The translations under genes and the position numbers were made by a program. This document shows positions 28,412 to 39,122 of a stretch of DNA of 64,000 nucleotides, piece after piece (the first letter of the stretch is position 1; each line of letters starts with the position of its first letter). Under the pieces are notes generated by a model. The model ran no database searches. It had not been told where the DNA came from and worked only from the letters and a program-made list of their open reading frames with translations. The DNA is from Flavobacteriales bacterium (GTDB taxonomy: Bacteria; Bacteroidota; Bacteroidia; Palsa-965). The stretch covers positions 32,001 through 96,000 of the forward strand of contig JBEIPA010000001.1 of the NCBI GenBank assembly GCA_040377305.1, given 5' to 3'.

Positions 28412-28714
28412 TTACTGTGTTTCGATGATCTGATTCGCTTCATTACGAAGGCGTGTGCGTTGTTTAATGTCGTCACTAAGATCTTCGTAAGAACCATTCC
28501 GATTAACCGGCTTCACACTCGACTGTGTTTGCGTATTGCCTGAAACAGGTTCGATTGACTCTGCTGGCGCAACTTCGATCGGAGCAATTGTGATGATGTC
28601 TTTCGTTTCAGATGCACTGCGTTCTTTCAGCGATGCATACGAAACAGCGGCTCCTCCAACGAAGAGTGCCAACACGCCAACAACCATTACGGGTTTAGGG
28701 ATAGATAATCTCAT
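28412..28714 (-). CDS. Hypothetical protein with N-terminal membrane anchor or signal
   Basis: Hydrophobic VMVVGVLALFVGGAAVSYA; 14 nt upstream of the T9SS gene; A-rich initiation context. Confidence 0.6.
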   Translation of the reverse strand: MRLSIPKPVMVVGVLALFVGGAAVSYASLKERSASETKDIITIAPIEVAPAESIEPVSGNTQTQSSVKPVNRNGSYEDLSDDIKQRTRLRNEANQIIETQ

Positions 28715-29079
28715 GTTATTATTTTCTTAATTACACTGCAGATCGACTGGAACGGCAGTATGAATTTCTGTTGCCTGAATGGCCTAGGTACAGAACCTAT
28801 TCCATCCCCACTAAATTACGACAGAAAGCGCTCCCTCACAATAGAATAACGCGATTTTTCAAAGGAGAGTTACAGACAGGTTGTAAACACAAGAATTTGT
28901 TGCATTTACAACCGGATTAGCACAAAATGCCTTGACAGTAGCTGGTCCGGAATCAGTTTTGGAGGAAAATGGGGGGCTGAATGGAGGGTTGACCGGTTTT
29001 ATCCCGATGAAGTGTATGCGTGTAGGTCCACGTGGAGGACATTCAGGGAGCACGTTTGGTTTGCCGGAAACCGTGTTTT

Positions 29080-29436
29080 CTATTGGGCGACGACCTTCTG
29101 AGGAGCGTAATAAAAGTCAGGTTCACTTACGATCCAGTCGTCCTGACCCCAATTGGATTCCGGATTCCGAGCGGTGTGAATGAGCGCGTAAACGTGCACG
29201 ACTTTTTTCTCTTCATCTATTCCAATATGAAACATGTAGGGGAATCCTTTAATCGGAACGCATCTTATCTGATCATAACGCCGTTGAGCGAATGGACTTC
29301 TTTCTAATAAAGAAAGGTGCTCAAAAACAGCCGCCTCAAATCTGTCACCCAACCCTACCTGCTCCGATTCGTACCAGATTACATGCTTGAGAAGTTGGTC
29401 CCACGCCATCTGAGATACAATAACCGTAAAGTTCAT
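29080..29436 (-). CDS. Type II toxin, RelE/ParE family
   Basis: A..QL.....WYE....GLG.RF, P......Y...R...I..FPY...(Y/H) and V.AL.HT.RNP motifs typical of ParE-like toxins; start overlaps the antitoxin stop. Confidence 0.85.
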   Translation of the reverse strand: MNFTVIVSQMAWDQLLKHVIWYESEQVGLGDRFEAAVFEHLSLLERSPFAQRRYDQIRCVPIKGFPYMFHIGIDEEKKVVHVYALIHTARNPESNWGQDDWIVSEPDFYYAPQKVVAQ

Positions 29437-29663
29437 TTTTTGCTTTTGAAGTCGTTGAGTTTATTCCGCACGTCATCCATCACCTCACGCCAAGGCTTAT
29501 AATCCTCCGGCTTAGTGGTAGCAATCACATTCCGCACAAAATTCTTGTCGGCTTCGGGAATTTCATAATCCGATTCTGATTTCCGTTCAATTCCAAGATT
29601 ACGCAACGCTTCCTCAAAAGCTATCATCTTCTCATTGGGTACATCTACGACAATACGGTTCAT
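29433..29663 (-). CDS. Putative antitoxin (addiction-module component)
   Basis: Small protein immediately upstream of the toxin with a 4-nt overlap; EIPEADK..V....W.EV pattern; TAAGTTTG box at 29687-29680. Confidence 0.75.
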   Translation of the reverse strand: MNRIVVDVPNEKMIAFEEALRNLGIERKSESDYEIPEADKNFVRNVIATTKPEDYKPWREVMDDVRNKLNDFKSKK

Positions 29664-29842
29664 GCAAAAGGGTTTAGATCAAACTTACGGAATCCACATG
29701 CCGAAGTCAATAATTTGCTCTGATATAAATAGGGGCCCACGAGCGAATACGGAAACGGATTACACCTCGTAGCACGCAATAGTAGGGGAAACTGTGATAC
29801 ATTCAAGAGTTGAGTTGAACAGGTAGTGAAGATGTTTTTTTA

Positions 29843-30025
29843 GTGGGCCGGAAATTACCGAGAGGTGGTTTCCGGCTTTTGATTGCTGGAAATGCAGAGA
29901 ATGAAACTCTTCTATACGCCGACGATGGTTTTCCTTATGGAATTCTTGTTGATCCGAATGGAAATATTGTGGCGTTTAATGTGAGACCGGAAACAGTGGT
30001 GGAGATGATTGCAGGAGAGAAATAA
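29843..30025 (+). pseudogene. Possible 3' remnant of a TlpA/thioredoxin-like gene
   Basis: Y..DGFP..ILVDPNGNIVA.N.R resembles the cis-Pro C-terminal half of TlpA proteins. No CxxC or N-terminal half is visible. Confidence 0.4.
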
Positions 30026-30034
30026 TTGTGTGAG

Positions 30035-30065
30035 AAAAAACTCACATGTTTTCACGAATGAGTTT
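30035..30065 (-). terminator. Terminator hairpin; copy 1 of a 31-bp direct repeat
   Basis: Minus strand AAACTCATTCGTGAAAACATGTGAGTTTTTT; 28/31 identical to 31675-31705. Confidence 0.75.
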
Positions 30066-30174
30066 AGTGAAGGGTCAATCAGTTTGATTCGTGTAGATAT
30101 TATCTACGTGACGCCACTTTTGGATTGAATTGGCTTCGGCCTCTGAAATATGAGCGCACGTCCCTTATCAGTGT

Positions 30175-31587
30175 TCAATGCTCCTGTTGCACAGACTCCG
30201 CAATTGCGAACCACACAAAGGGCAATTGATTTATCTGACCAGTAATTGAATTCAGGTCTCCTCCAATTCCTTTAGGACCTGCGTACCATCCCCCGCCCTC
30301 CGTTTTAAAACCTCTCGTGTCCAAAATTTTCTTGAGTTCAGTTTTATCCTTTTCCTGGACCTTGCTTTCCTCGGTCATGAAATAAATCTTAATTCGACCG
30401 GTAAGCACAAGAGGATAACCTCGTATCGGTCCTATCACAGGCCCTGCCCAATCAACTTTATCAGTTGCAGCACGTAGCTGAAACAAAGCCGTATCACTAG
30501 CAGCATTAAATGCAAGTCCGTTCGCTTTTCTATACAACTGCACAGAATCGCCAGCACATTTCACCAGTCCCAGATCCTTTATAAATTGTTCAAAAGAGCT
30601 GTTGTTGCATTTATCGTTTTTCCTGATGCCGACATACTTATCATTCCTATCATAAGGAACTTGCATACCGTAGCTTGTGTAATACACAGGAACGCCTGAC
30701 CGGGCCAGATAATATCGCTGTATCATACTTCCAGAGCCATCAGTTCGCACTGTACGGGCCTGACCCGCATATCCACTCCTTTCGACCTTTATGGAATAAG
30801 TTTTAAACGGTGCCAGTTTGAATTCATAGTCGCCGTTCCCGTTATTCGCTACGATTGTGATAACATTATTAGACGACATCTCAGTTGCTGTGACAACAGC
30901 ACTTTGCAAGCTATCGTGTTCCAATGCACGAGTACTTTCATCATATAAATAAATCTGGACAACAACAGTTTGTTGATCGACCCGATTTGAATTAATGGGC
31001 GCACTCAGATTAGTGTCCCTTTTAATAAGGACAGGAGGATTTAGCGATTCAGTACGGTTCGTAATTTCAATAGCCTCCGGTCTAGGAGCAATTATTTCGT
31101 AGACACTATCACGCTTGTGCATGGCTAGAGAGAAGCGCAGACTATCCTTCTCATCAAAATATTTTGTCGCCAGACTTGAATACACATCAACCATCAGTTC
31201 ACTTAATCTGGCATCTTCCTCCGTGGATTCTTCTGCACTGTTTACAGCTCTAATTGCATCCGATTCAGCGCTGTTCAGGTAAAATAATTTTTCAGTTTTT
31301 GAAAGCGAGGGATACTTTGAAAGCAAAAGATTAGCCTCGACCATTCTCACCCAAAAAAACTTATGGACTCTGCAGTCAATATATTTGTCCGAAATTTCTG
31401 CCGAGTCCCGCACTGTTCGTAAGTGAACAAAGCTGGCATTTGATCGACCGAGTTTATGCTCGTCAACAGCACCGCGTATGTCAGCTGTGTTACATCCTGC
31501 AGGATGTGCAAGCGAGAAGGATGCGCACAAGGTCAGAATCCCCGTTAGAAGCAATAATCTATAGATCCCCATGGTGCCCATAATCAT
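30175..31587 (-). CDS. Hypothetical secreted protein with a carboxypeptidase-regulatory-like (transthyretin-fold) domain
   Basis: Signal peptide; helical N-terminal region; A.VT.........N.NG.Y.F.L....Y.I.V...GY pattern. Confidence 0.65.
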   Translation of the reverse strand: MIMGTMGIYRLLLLTGILTLCASFSLAHPAGCNTADIRGAVDEHKLGRSNASFVHLRTVRDSAEISDKYIDCRVHKFFWVRMVEANLLLSKYPSLSKTEKLFYLNSAESDAIRAVNSAEESTEEDARLSELMVDVYSSLATKYFDEKDSLRFSLAMHKRDSVYEIIAPRPEAIEITNRTESLNPPVLIKRDTNLSAPINSNRVDQQTVVVQIYLYDESTRALEHDSLQSAVVTATEMSSNNVITIVANNGNGDYEFKLAPFKTYSIKVERSGYAGQARTVRTDGSGSMIQRYYLARSGVPVYYTSYGMQVPYDRNDKYVGIRKNDKCNNSSFEQFIKDLGLVKCAGDSVQLYRKANGLAFNAASDTALFQLRAATDKVDWAGPVIGPIRGYPLVLTGRIKIYFMTEESKVQEKDKTELKKILDTRGFKTEGGGWYAGPKGIGGDLNSITGQINQLPFVWFAIAESVQQEH

Positions 31588-31674
31588 TTTTTAATAAGAC
31601 GCAACAACAGCCGACATCCATAATTCATCAGGTATTAGGCCGCCCAATTTATCGCTTATGATACTCTTCAAAAC

Positions 31675-31706
31675 AAAAAACTCACCTGCTTTCACAAATG
31701 AGTTTT
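31675..31706 (-). terminator. Terminator of gltA; copy 2 of the 31-bp direct repeat
   Basis: Minus strand AAAACTCATTTGTGAAAGCAGGTGAGTTTTTT, downstream of the citrate synthase stop. Confidence 0.8.
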
Positions 31707-31728
31707 CCGAATTATTTTATGTGCCGGT

Positions 31729-31751
31729 TGTCAGACCGAGCGGAGTCGTGG
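31729..31751 (-). repeat. REP-like repeat, copy 2 (CCACGACTCCGCTCGGTCTGACA)
   Basis: Reverse complement matches 20326-20348; abuts the gltA stop codon. Confidence 0.75.
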
Positions 31752-33077
31752 TCACACCACCGCAATCCCAATCTTCTTCTTAATCCCTTCCGTCGTAATC
31801 GATCCCGGACGCTCAATAGGCGAACCTAATGCGCGATCCCAGATGAGTGATGCACACACACCGAGTGCGCGTGATACTCCGAAGAGAACGGTATAGAAAT
31901 CGAATTCCTTAATTCCGAAATGCATGAGCAATGCACCAGAGTGCGCGTCAACATTTGGCCAGGGATTTTTGATCTTGCCTGTTGATTCGAGAATTGGCGG
32001 AGCAACTTTGTAAATCATCTGCACGATTTCACAAAGTGGATCAACACCTTTTACATTCTTGATGTAGCGCTCATAAAAATCCTGTTGCGCTGTGAAACGC
32101 GGATCTGTTTTACGCAGTACCGCATGACCATATCCCGGAACAACACGACCGTCTGCCAAAGTTTTGTGAATGTATTCTTCAACCTGCTTTTCGGTCGGCA
32201 AATCTGAACCGATTTCTTCACGCATCTTGAGAATCCACATTATCACTTCCTGGTTCGCGAGTCCGTGCAATGGACCGGCAAGTCCGTTCAATCCTGCAGC
32301 GAATGCCAGATACGGATCACTCAATGCAGAACCAACGAGGTGTGTCGTATGCGCACTAACATTTCCGCCTTCGTGATCAGCGTGAATCGTCATGTACAAA
32401 CGCATTAAACGTTTTACATCGAACTCCTGGTAACCCATCATGTGCGCAATGTTCGCAGCCCAATCGAGTTTCGGATCAGGTTCAATGTGTTCGTTGTTGT
32501 GGAATTTTTTTCTGTAGATGTATGCTGCAATTCGTGGAAGACGTGCAATGAGATTCATTGAATCTTCATAAACATAATCCCAATAATCTTTCTTGCTGAT
32601 TCCTTCACGATATGCTTTTGCAAACAAAGATTCTGTCTGCATCGCCATCACACCAATCGAGAACATAGTCATCGGATGTGTTGAAGCTGGTAATTTATCA
32701 AGCGTATCGAAAACATGTTTAGGAACAATTGCACGTCGCGCCCAGTTGTTTCCAAGAGAATAAACTTCTTCAGGTGTTGGAAGATCACCAGTAAGCATGA
32801 GCCAGAAAATTCCTTCCGGCAATGGCTCTGTTCCATTCGGTGCTTTCGGTAACTTCTCACGCAATTCAGGAATTGTATAACCGCGGAAACGAATTCCTTC
32901 TTCGGTGTCAAGCTTGGAAGTTTCTGTTACAAGTCCAGTAATACCTTTCATTCCCTGGTACACTTGCGCGACAGTATACTCTCCGAGTTTTTTGTCTCCG
33001 TGTTCTTTGATAATTGCTTTTACTTCAGCCGCCATCGGCTTTGCTTTCGCAATGAATTTTTCTTTCAACGTATCCAT
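31752..33077 (-). CDS. gltA: Citrate (Si)-synthase, eukaryotic/mitochondrial-like type
   Basis: GMKGI.GLV.ETS.LD..EGIRFRG, IHADHEGGNVSAH, GLAGPLHGLANQEV, VVPGYGHAVLRKTDPR and NPWPNVDAHSG motifs. Confidence 0.95.
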   Translation of the reverse strand: MDTLKEKFIAKAKPMAAEVKAIIKEHGDKKLGEYTVAQVYQGMKGITGLVTETSKLDTEEGIRFRGYTIPELREKLPKAPNGTEPLPEGIFWLMLTGDLPTPEEVYSLGNNWARRAIVPKHVFDTLDKLPASTHPMTMFSIGVMAMQTESLFAKAYREGISKKDYWDYVYEDSMNLIARLPRIAAYIYRKKFHNNEHIEPDPKLDWAANIAHMMGYQEFDVKRLMRLYMTIHADHEGGNVSAHTTHLVGSALSDPYLAFAAGLNGLAGPLHGLANQEVIMWILKMREEIGSDLPTEKQVEEYIHKTLADGRVVPGYGHAVLRKTDPRFTAQQDFYERYIKNVKGVDPLCEIVQMIYKVAPPILESTGKIKNPWPNVDAHSGALLMHFGIKEFDFYTVLFGVSRALGVCASLIWDRALGSPIERPGSITTEGIKKKIGIAVV

Positions 33078-33178
33078 AAAATGCGTGTTTTTGTAAGCGA
33101 AATGTGCTTGCCTCTAAGGTAGTGAGAAAAGCTACGTTCTGGCACTGTAAATCGCGGCTTTTTTTATCGCTGCGCGAT

Positions 33179-33321
33179 GCTTTACCACGGCGGCACAGCG
33201 AGCACGGGGAAAATTTGTCTTTTGGTTTCTAAAGGCTATTCTTAAGGAGTCCATAAACACACCGAATAATAACAATAGCAGAAATGCCTCCACCGTGCTC
33301 GCCGTGCCGTCGTGGTAAGGC
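33179..33321. repeat. REP/MITE-like inverted-repeat element, copy 2
   Basis: Arms 33179-33209 and 33291-33321 (27/31 match), with the same TTACCACG(G/A)CG termini as 15790-15953. Confidence 0.82.
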
Positions 33322-33333
33322 TTTAGCCGAAGG

Positions 33334-34629
<1,296 letters not shown>

Positions 34630-34690
34630 TTAGTTGTTATGTCAGCCAGCGGCCGGTTTAAATTGAACCGTGGAAATCATCCCGCGGAGT

Positions 34691-34725
34691 AAAAAATAAA
34701 CAGGCGCACAATTTTGCGCGCCTGT
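34691..34725 (-). terminator. Intrinsic terminator after carA
   Basis: ACAGGCGC...GCGCCTGT hairpin followed on the minus strand by TTTATTTTTT. Confidence 0.7.
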
Positions 34726-34730
34726 GATGC

Positions 34731-35882
34731 TTATGCAGTAACTGGTTTCTTGACAGAATTCATCAGCGTTACAAAATCATCGAACAGATATTTTGCGTCA
34801 TGCGGTCCCGGCGATGCTTCCGGATGGTACTGCACGCAAAATACTTTCTTTGTTTTGTGGCGAAGTCCTTCGATGGTATGGTCGTTGAGATTCACGTGTG
34901 TGATCTCAATGTCTTTGTTATTCTGGGCTTCTTCGAGATGCACAGCGAAACCGTGATTCTGGGAAGTGATTTCTGATTTGCCTGTGATTACGTTCTTCAC
35001 CGGGTGGTTAATTCCGCGGTGACCGATTTTCGTTTTGTAAGTCGATAATCCGAAACACTGGGCAATCAACTGATGTCCGAGGCAGATTCCAAAAACAGGA
35101 ATGTTCGAGTTGATCAGCCTGGTGATGAGTGCTACTTCTTCGAGCATCACTGATGGATCTCCGGGACCATTCGAAATCATTATTCCATCCGGGTTCCATG
35201 CAATGATCTCTTCTGCAGAAGTTTTCATTGGGAAAACCTTCACATAGTTCCCGCGTTCTGCAAGACAGCGAATGATATTTTTCTTCACGCCAAGATCGAG
35301 CAACGCCACTTTACGCGGAGCACTTACTTCTCCGAAAGTGTATGCTGCTTTGGTCGACACCTTCGAAGAAAGTTCAAGTCCCGCCATTGATGGAACTTTT
35401 TTCAGTTGCTCTTTAAGCGAATCAATATCGAGATTATCCGAAGAGATAATGGCGTTCATCGCACCGGCATCGCGTATATGACGCACGATTGCACGTGTGT
35501 CTACTTCGCAAATGCCAACTACTTTTTCTTCGAGGAAATAGTCTTTGATCGATTTATCTGCAGCAGCGCGTGAATACGTTTCGGAAAATTTCTTACACAC
35601 GAGTCCGGCAATCTTGATCGAATCAGATTCCACTTCCGTGTTTTTGATTCCATAGTTGCCGATATGTACGTTTGTTGCAACCAGAATTTGCCCGAAGTAT
35701 GACGGATCAGTGAATACTTCCTGATACCCGCTCATGCCGGTATTGAAACAAATTTCTCCGGTTGTAGTGCCGATATGTCCGGCAGCTTTTCCATGAAAAA
35801 CGGTTCCGTCTTCCAGCACTAAAACTGCTGGTAACAAGGCAGTGTACTTCTGCCGGCTGGATCTTGATTCTTTTTCTTCCAC
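34731..35882 (-). CDS. carA: Carbamoyl-phosphate synthase small subunit
   Basis: LEDGT.F.G, GEICFNTGM.GYQE, SNGPGDP, GICLGHQ, SQNHGF and QYHPEASPGPHD motifs; GTG start is uncertain. Confidence 0.96.
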   Translation of the reverse strand: MEEKESRSSRQKYTALLPAVLVLEDGTVFHGKAAGHIGTTTGEICFNTGMSGYQEVFTDPSYFGQILVATNVHIGNYGIKNTEVESDSIKIAGLVCKKFSETYSRAAADKSIKDYFLEEKVVGICEVDTRAIVRHIRDAGAMNAIISSDNLDIDSLKEQLKKVPSMAGLELSSKVSTKAAYTFGEVSAPRKVALLDLGVKKNIIRCLAERGNYVKVFPMKTSAEEIIAWNPDGIMISNGPGDPSVMLEEVALITRLINSNIPVFGICLGHQLIAQCFGLSTYKTKIGHRGINHPVKNVITGKSEITSQNHGFAVHLEEAQNNKDIEITHVNLNDHTIEGLRHKTKKVFCVQYHPEASPGPHDAKYLFDDFVTLMNSVKKPVTA

Positions 35883-35903
35883 TTAAGCGCTTTATCTATA
35901 AAG

Positions 35904-35940
35904 AAAAAGGGACTCGGTAAAATTACCTCATCCCTTTTTT
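35904..35940 (-). terminator. Terminator of the ribosomal protein super-operon
   Basis: AAAAAGGGA...GGTAA-AA-TTACC...TCCCTTTTT downstream of rplQ. Confidence 0.75.
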
Positions 35941-35965
35941 GTGCTGAAATCAACTTGCTGACAAC

Positions 35966-36475
35966 TTATTCACTTTTCGGTTCTTCAGTTGTCGTTTCTG
36001 TTGCTGTTCCTTCTTCCGCTTTCTTGGTCTTACCGCGACCACGACGCGTTGTTTTAGCTTTCTTCTCGCCTTTGTTCGCGAGCATAACCTCGTTGTAATC
36101 AACCAGCTCGATCAAACACATGTCAGCGCCATCGTCACGACGTTTAGCCGTAGGTTTTGAGCTTACTGTAATGCTGTAGCGGATGATGCGGGTATATCCA
36201 CCAGGGCGGGTTCCCACTTTAGGTCCGATTTCTTTGAAGAGCTCCGTAACCGCTTCTTTGTTCTGCAAGTAGCTGAACACCTGACGGCGGTTGTGCTGGC
36301 TGTCTGTCTTAGAGCGTGTGATGATAGGCTCAACGTACACACGCAGCGCTTTCGCTTTTGCAAGTGTAGTGTTGATGCGCTTATTCATAATCAGCGACGC
36401 TGCCATGTTTGACATCAAAGCATGACGGTGAGCCGTTGTGCGCTTAAGGTTATTTACTTTATCTCCGTGTCTCAT
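35966..36475 (-). CDS. rplQ: 50S ribosomal protein L17 (with internal insertion)
   Basis: MRHG...[23 protein letters not shown] and IELVD motifs. Confidence 0.96.
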   Translation of the reverse strand: MRHGDKVNNLKRTTAHRHALMSNMAASLIMNKRINTTLAKAKALRVYVEPIITRSKTDSQHNRRQVFSYLQNKEAVTELFKEIGPKVGTRPGGYTRIIRYSITVSSKPTAKRRDDGADMCLIELVDYNEVMLANKGEKKAKTTRRGRGKTKKAEEGTATETTTEEPKSE

Positions 36476-36554
36476 TTGTAAAGTTGTTAAGTCTTTAAGT
36501 TGTTAAGTTGGCAAGTAGACTCGCCTACTCATGGACTTAATGACTTTTTACTAA

Positions 36555-37547
36555 TTAGTCTCTGTCCAGTTTATACTTCGCAACGTTCATTCCGAAGTTG
36601 AGTCCTTTGCTTGCAACGAGTTCTTCGAGTTCTGTCAATGACTTCTTACCGAAGTTGCGGAACTTTAAAAGGTCGTTTTTGTTGAATGACACCAGATCGC
36701 CCAGTGTTTCAACGTCAGCTGCTTTAAGGCAGTTGAGTGCACGTACTGAAAGGTCCATATCAACAAGCTTTGTTTTCAAAAGCTGGCGCATGTGCAATGA
36801 ATCTTCATCAAACTCTTCAGAAGATGCTTTCTCCACTGTGTCAAGAGTGATCTTGTCGTCAGAGAACAACATGAAGTGATGGATGAGGATTTTCGCAGCT
36901 TCTTTCAATGCGTCTTTCGGGTGAATAGACCCGTCCGTTACGATTTCAAGAATCAGTTTCTCGTAGTCAGTCTTCTGTTCCACACGGTAGTTCTCAACAG
37001 AGAATTTCACGTTGCGGATCGGCGTGTAGATCGCGTCGATAGGAATTAAACCGATAGGGGCATTCACCGGTTTGTTCTCTTCAGAAGGAACGTAACCACG
37101 TCCTTTTTCAATCGTGAGCTCAATTTTGAGTTTCACGTTTGCTTCCATATTGCAGATTACGAAATCAGGATTCAACACCTGGAAACCAGAAGTGAATTTA
37201 CCGATATCGCCAGCAGTCAATTGCGTTTTGCCAGTGATGTTTACAACAACCTTTTCGCTGTCTGTAGTTTCGATCTGGCGTTTAAAGCGGATCTGTTTGA
37301 AATTCAGAACCATTTCGGTAACGTCTTCGATCACGCCTTTGATGGTAGAGAACTCATGTTCTACACCTTCAACGCGGATGGTTGTGATCGCATAACCTTC
37401 CAAAGAAGAAAGGAGAATACGACGCAACGCGTTTCCGATAGTGATACCATAACCAGGTTCAAGCGGGCGGAATTCGAAAAGTCCGTCTGTTTCGCTTGAC
37501 TGAATCATGATCACCTTATCTGGTTTCTGAAATGCTAGGATACCCAT
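36555..37547 (-). CDS. rpoA: RNA polymerase subunit alpha
   Basis: [37 protein letters not shown] and RNFGKKSL motifs. Confidence 0.98.
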   Translation of the reverse strand: MGILAFQKPDKVIMIQSSETDGLFEFRPLEPGYGITIGNALRRILLSSLEGYAITTIRVEGVEHEFSTIKGVIEDVTEMVLNFKQIRFKRQIETTDSEKVVVNITGKTQLTAGDIGKFTSGFQVLNPDFVICNMEANVKLKIELTIEKGRGYVPSEENKPVNAPIGLIPIDAIYTPIRNVKFSVENYRVEQKTDYEKLILEIVTDGSIHPKDALKEAAKILIHHFMLFSDDKITLDTVEKASSEEFDEDSLHMRQLLKTKLVDMDLSVRALNCLKAADVETLGDLVSFNKNDLLKFRNFGKKSLTELEELVASKGLNFGMNVAKYKLDRD

Positions 37548-37606
37548 AGTGATATTGAGAGTTTGTTATTGTTTAACTTAATTGAAAGAACAAGTACGAA
37601 TAAGTA

Positions 37607-38209
37607 TTACTTAGAATACAATTCGACGATCAGCTGTTCTTTAATGTTTTCAGGAATCTGTGTACGCTCAGGGAACGTTACGAATTTGCCTTCCATTGCT
37701 GTCGGGTTGAATTCGATCCACGAGTAATTGCTTCCTGCGCCCATTGATGCGTTGATCGATTCGAGAGACTTTGAACGCTCACGAACTGCAATCATATCAC
37801 CAGGCTGAAGTGTGTAAGATGGAATGTTCACCACTTCTCCGTTAACGAGAATGTGACGGTGAGAAACCAGCTGACGTGCACCTGCGCGTGTTGGCGCAAG
37901 GCCCATGCGGTAAACAACATTATCCAAACGAGCTTCGATCAACTGGAGGAGAACCTCACCTGTGATTCCTTTAGAACGTGAAGCGCGATCAAAAATGATT
38001 GCGAACTGGCGCTCAAGAAGGCCGTAAGTATATTTCACTTTCTGTTTTTCAGAAAGCTGTACTGCGTATTCAGATTTCTTTTGACGCTTTGATCCGGCAC
38101 CGTGTTGTCCTGGTCCGTATGCTTTCTTTTCGAGAGCCTTGTCGGGTCCGAAAATAGGTTCTTTAAACCTGCGTGCAATCTTTGATTTTGGTCCTATATA
38201 TCTAGCCAT
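37607..38209 (-). CDS. rpsD: 30S ribosomal protein S4
   Basis: [26 protein letters not shown] and IVELYSK motifs. Confidence 0.98.
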   Translation of the reverse strand: MARYIGPKSKIARRFKEPIFGPDKALEKKAYGPGQHGAGSKRQKKSEYAVQLSEKQKVKYTYGLLERQFAIIFDRASRSKGITGEVLLQLIEARLDNVVYRMGLAPTRAGARQLVSHRHILVNGEVVNIPSYTLQPGDMIAVRERSKSLESINASMGAGSNYSWIEFNPTAMEGKFVTFPERTQIPENIKEQLIVELYSK

Positions 38210-38229
38210 TGTAGTGGTTCTTTAGAAGA

Positions 38230-38655
38230 TTAAACGCGACGACGTTTTGGTGGGCGACATCCGTTGTGCGGGATTGGAGTGATGTCGACGATTTCAGTGA
38301 TTTCGATTCCCGCCTGGTTAAGTGTACGGATAGCAGACTCGCGACCAGCGCCAGGTCCTTTCACGTAAACTTTCACCTTGCGCAAACCTGCGTCGAACGC
38401 AACTTTACCGCAATCAGATGCTGCAGTTTGAGCAGCATAAGGTGTGTTCTTCTTAGAACCACGGAATCCCATTTTACCTGCAGAAGACCAAGAGATTGTC
38501 TGGCCCTGAAGATTAGTGAGCGTGATAATGATGTTGTTGAACGTAGCGTTTATGTGCGCTTCGCCGGTAGCTTCTACCTTCACAACGCGCTTCTTCGCAG
38601 CTTTTGCAGCCGGCTTATTGCCCGTTGATCCTTTTGTTTGTTCTTGTTTTGCCAT
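38230..38655 (-). CDS. rpsK: 30S ribosomal protein S11
   Basis: [21 protein letters not shown] and [13 protein letters not shown] motifs. Confidence 0.98.
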   Translation of the reverse strand: MAKQEQTKGSTGNKPAAKAAKKRVVKVEATGEAHINATFNNIIITLTNLQGQTISWSSAGKMGFRGSKKNTPYAAQTAASDCGKVAFDAGLRKVKVYVKGPGAGRESAIRTLNQAGIEITEIVDITPIPHNGCRPPKRRRV

Positions 38656-38708
38656 TGTTGTCTATCAGTTACGCCGCCGCGTACGTCCCGGCGATCAGTA
38701 TGATTCTA

Positions 38709-39086
38709 TTATTTAACTGCTTTCTTCTTGTTCGCAACAGTCTTACGTTTCCCTTTACGGGTACGTGAGTTGTTTTTAGTTGATTGACCGCGAACAGGCA
38801 GTCCTACACGGTGACGAACACCACGGTAACATCCGATATCCATCAGACGTTTGATGTTCAACTGTGTTTCAGAACGAAGAGCGCCTTCAACTTTTGAAGA
38901 TTCAGTAATGATCGTACGGATCTTGTTCAGATCGTCGTCGTCCCATTCAGAAACTTTCTTGTCGAAATTTACACCAGCTTCGGTAAGGATACGTTGCGCA
39001 CTGCTGCGTCCAATTCCGTAGATGTAGGTAAGGCCAATTTCGCCTCTTTTGTTTTTTGGTAAATCGATACCAGCAATACGAGCCAT
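38709..39086 (-). CDS. rpsM: 30S ribosomal protein S13
   Basis: [18 protein letters not shown] and YRGVRHR.GLPVRGQ motifs. Confidence 0.98.
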   Translation of the reverse strand: MARIAGIDLPKNKRGEIGLTYIYGIGRSSAQRILTEAGVNFDKKVSEWDDDDLNKIRTIITESSKVEGALRSETQLNIKRLMDIGCYRGVRHRVGLPVRGQSTKNNSRTRKGKRKTVANKKKAVK

Positions 39087-39122
39087 TTATCGTGTTGTTA
39101 TTGTTTTCTTACTCTTGACAGA

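Noticed and set aside
28859-29307. Small ORFs 28859..29053, 28932..29183 and 29032..29307
   Set aside because: No motifs or plausible initiation context, and two overlap the toxin gene antisense.
29080-31706. Prophage or integrative element around the TA pair
   Set aside because: No integrase, transposase, phage gene or tRNA attachment site is visible; only a small plastic region is supported.
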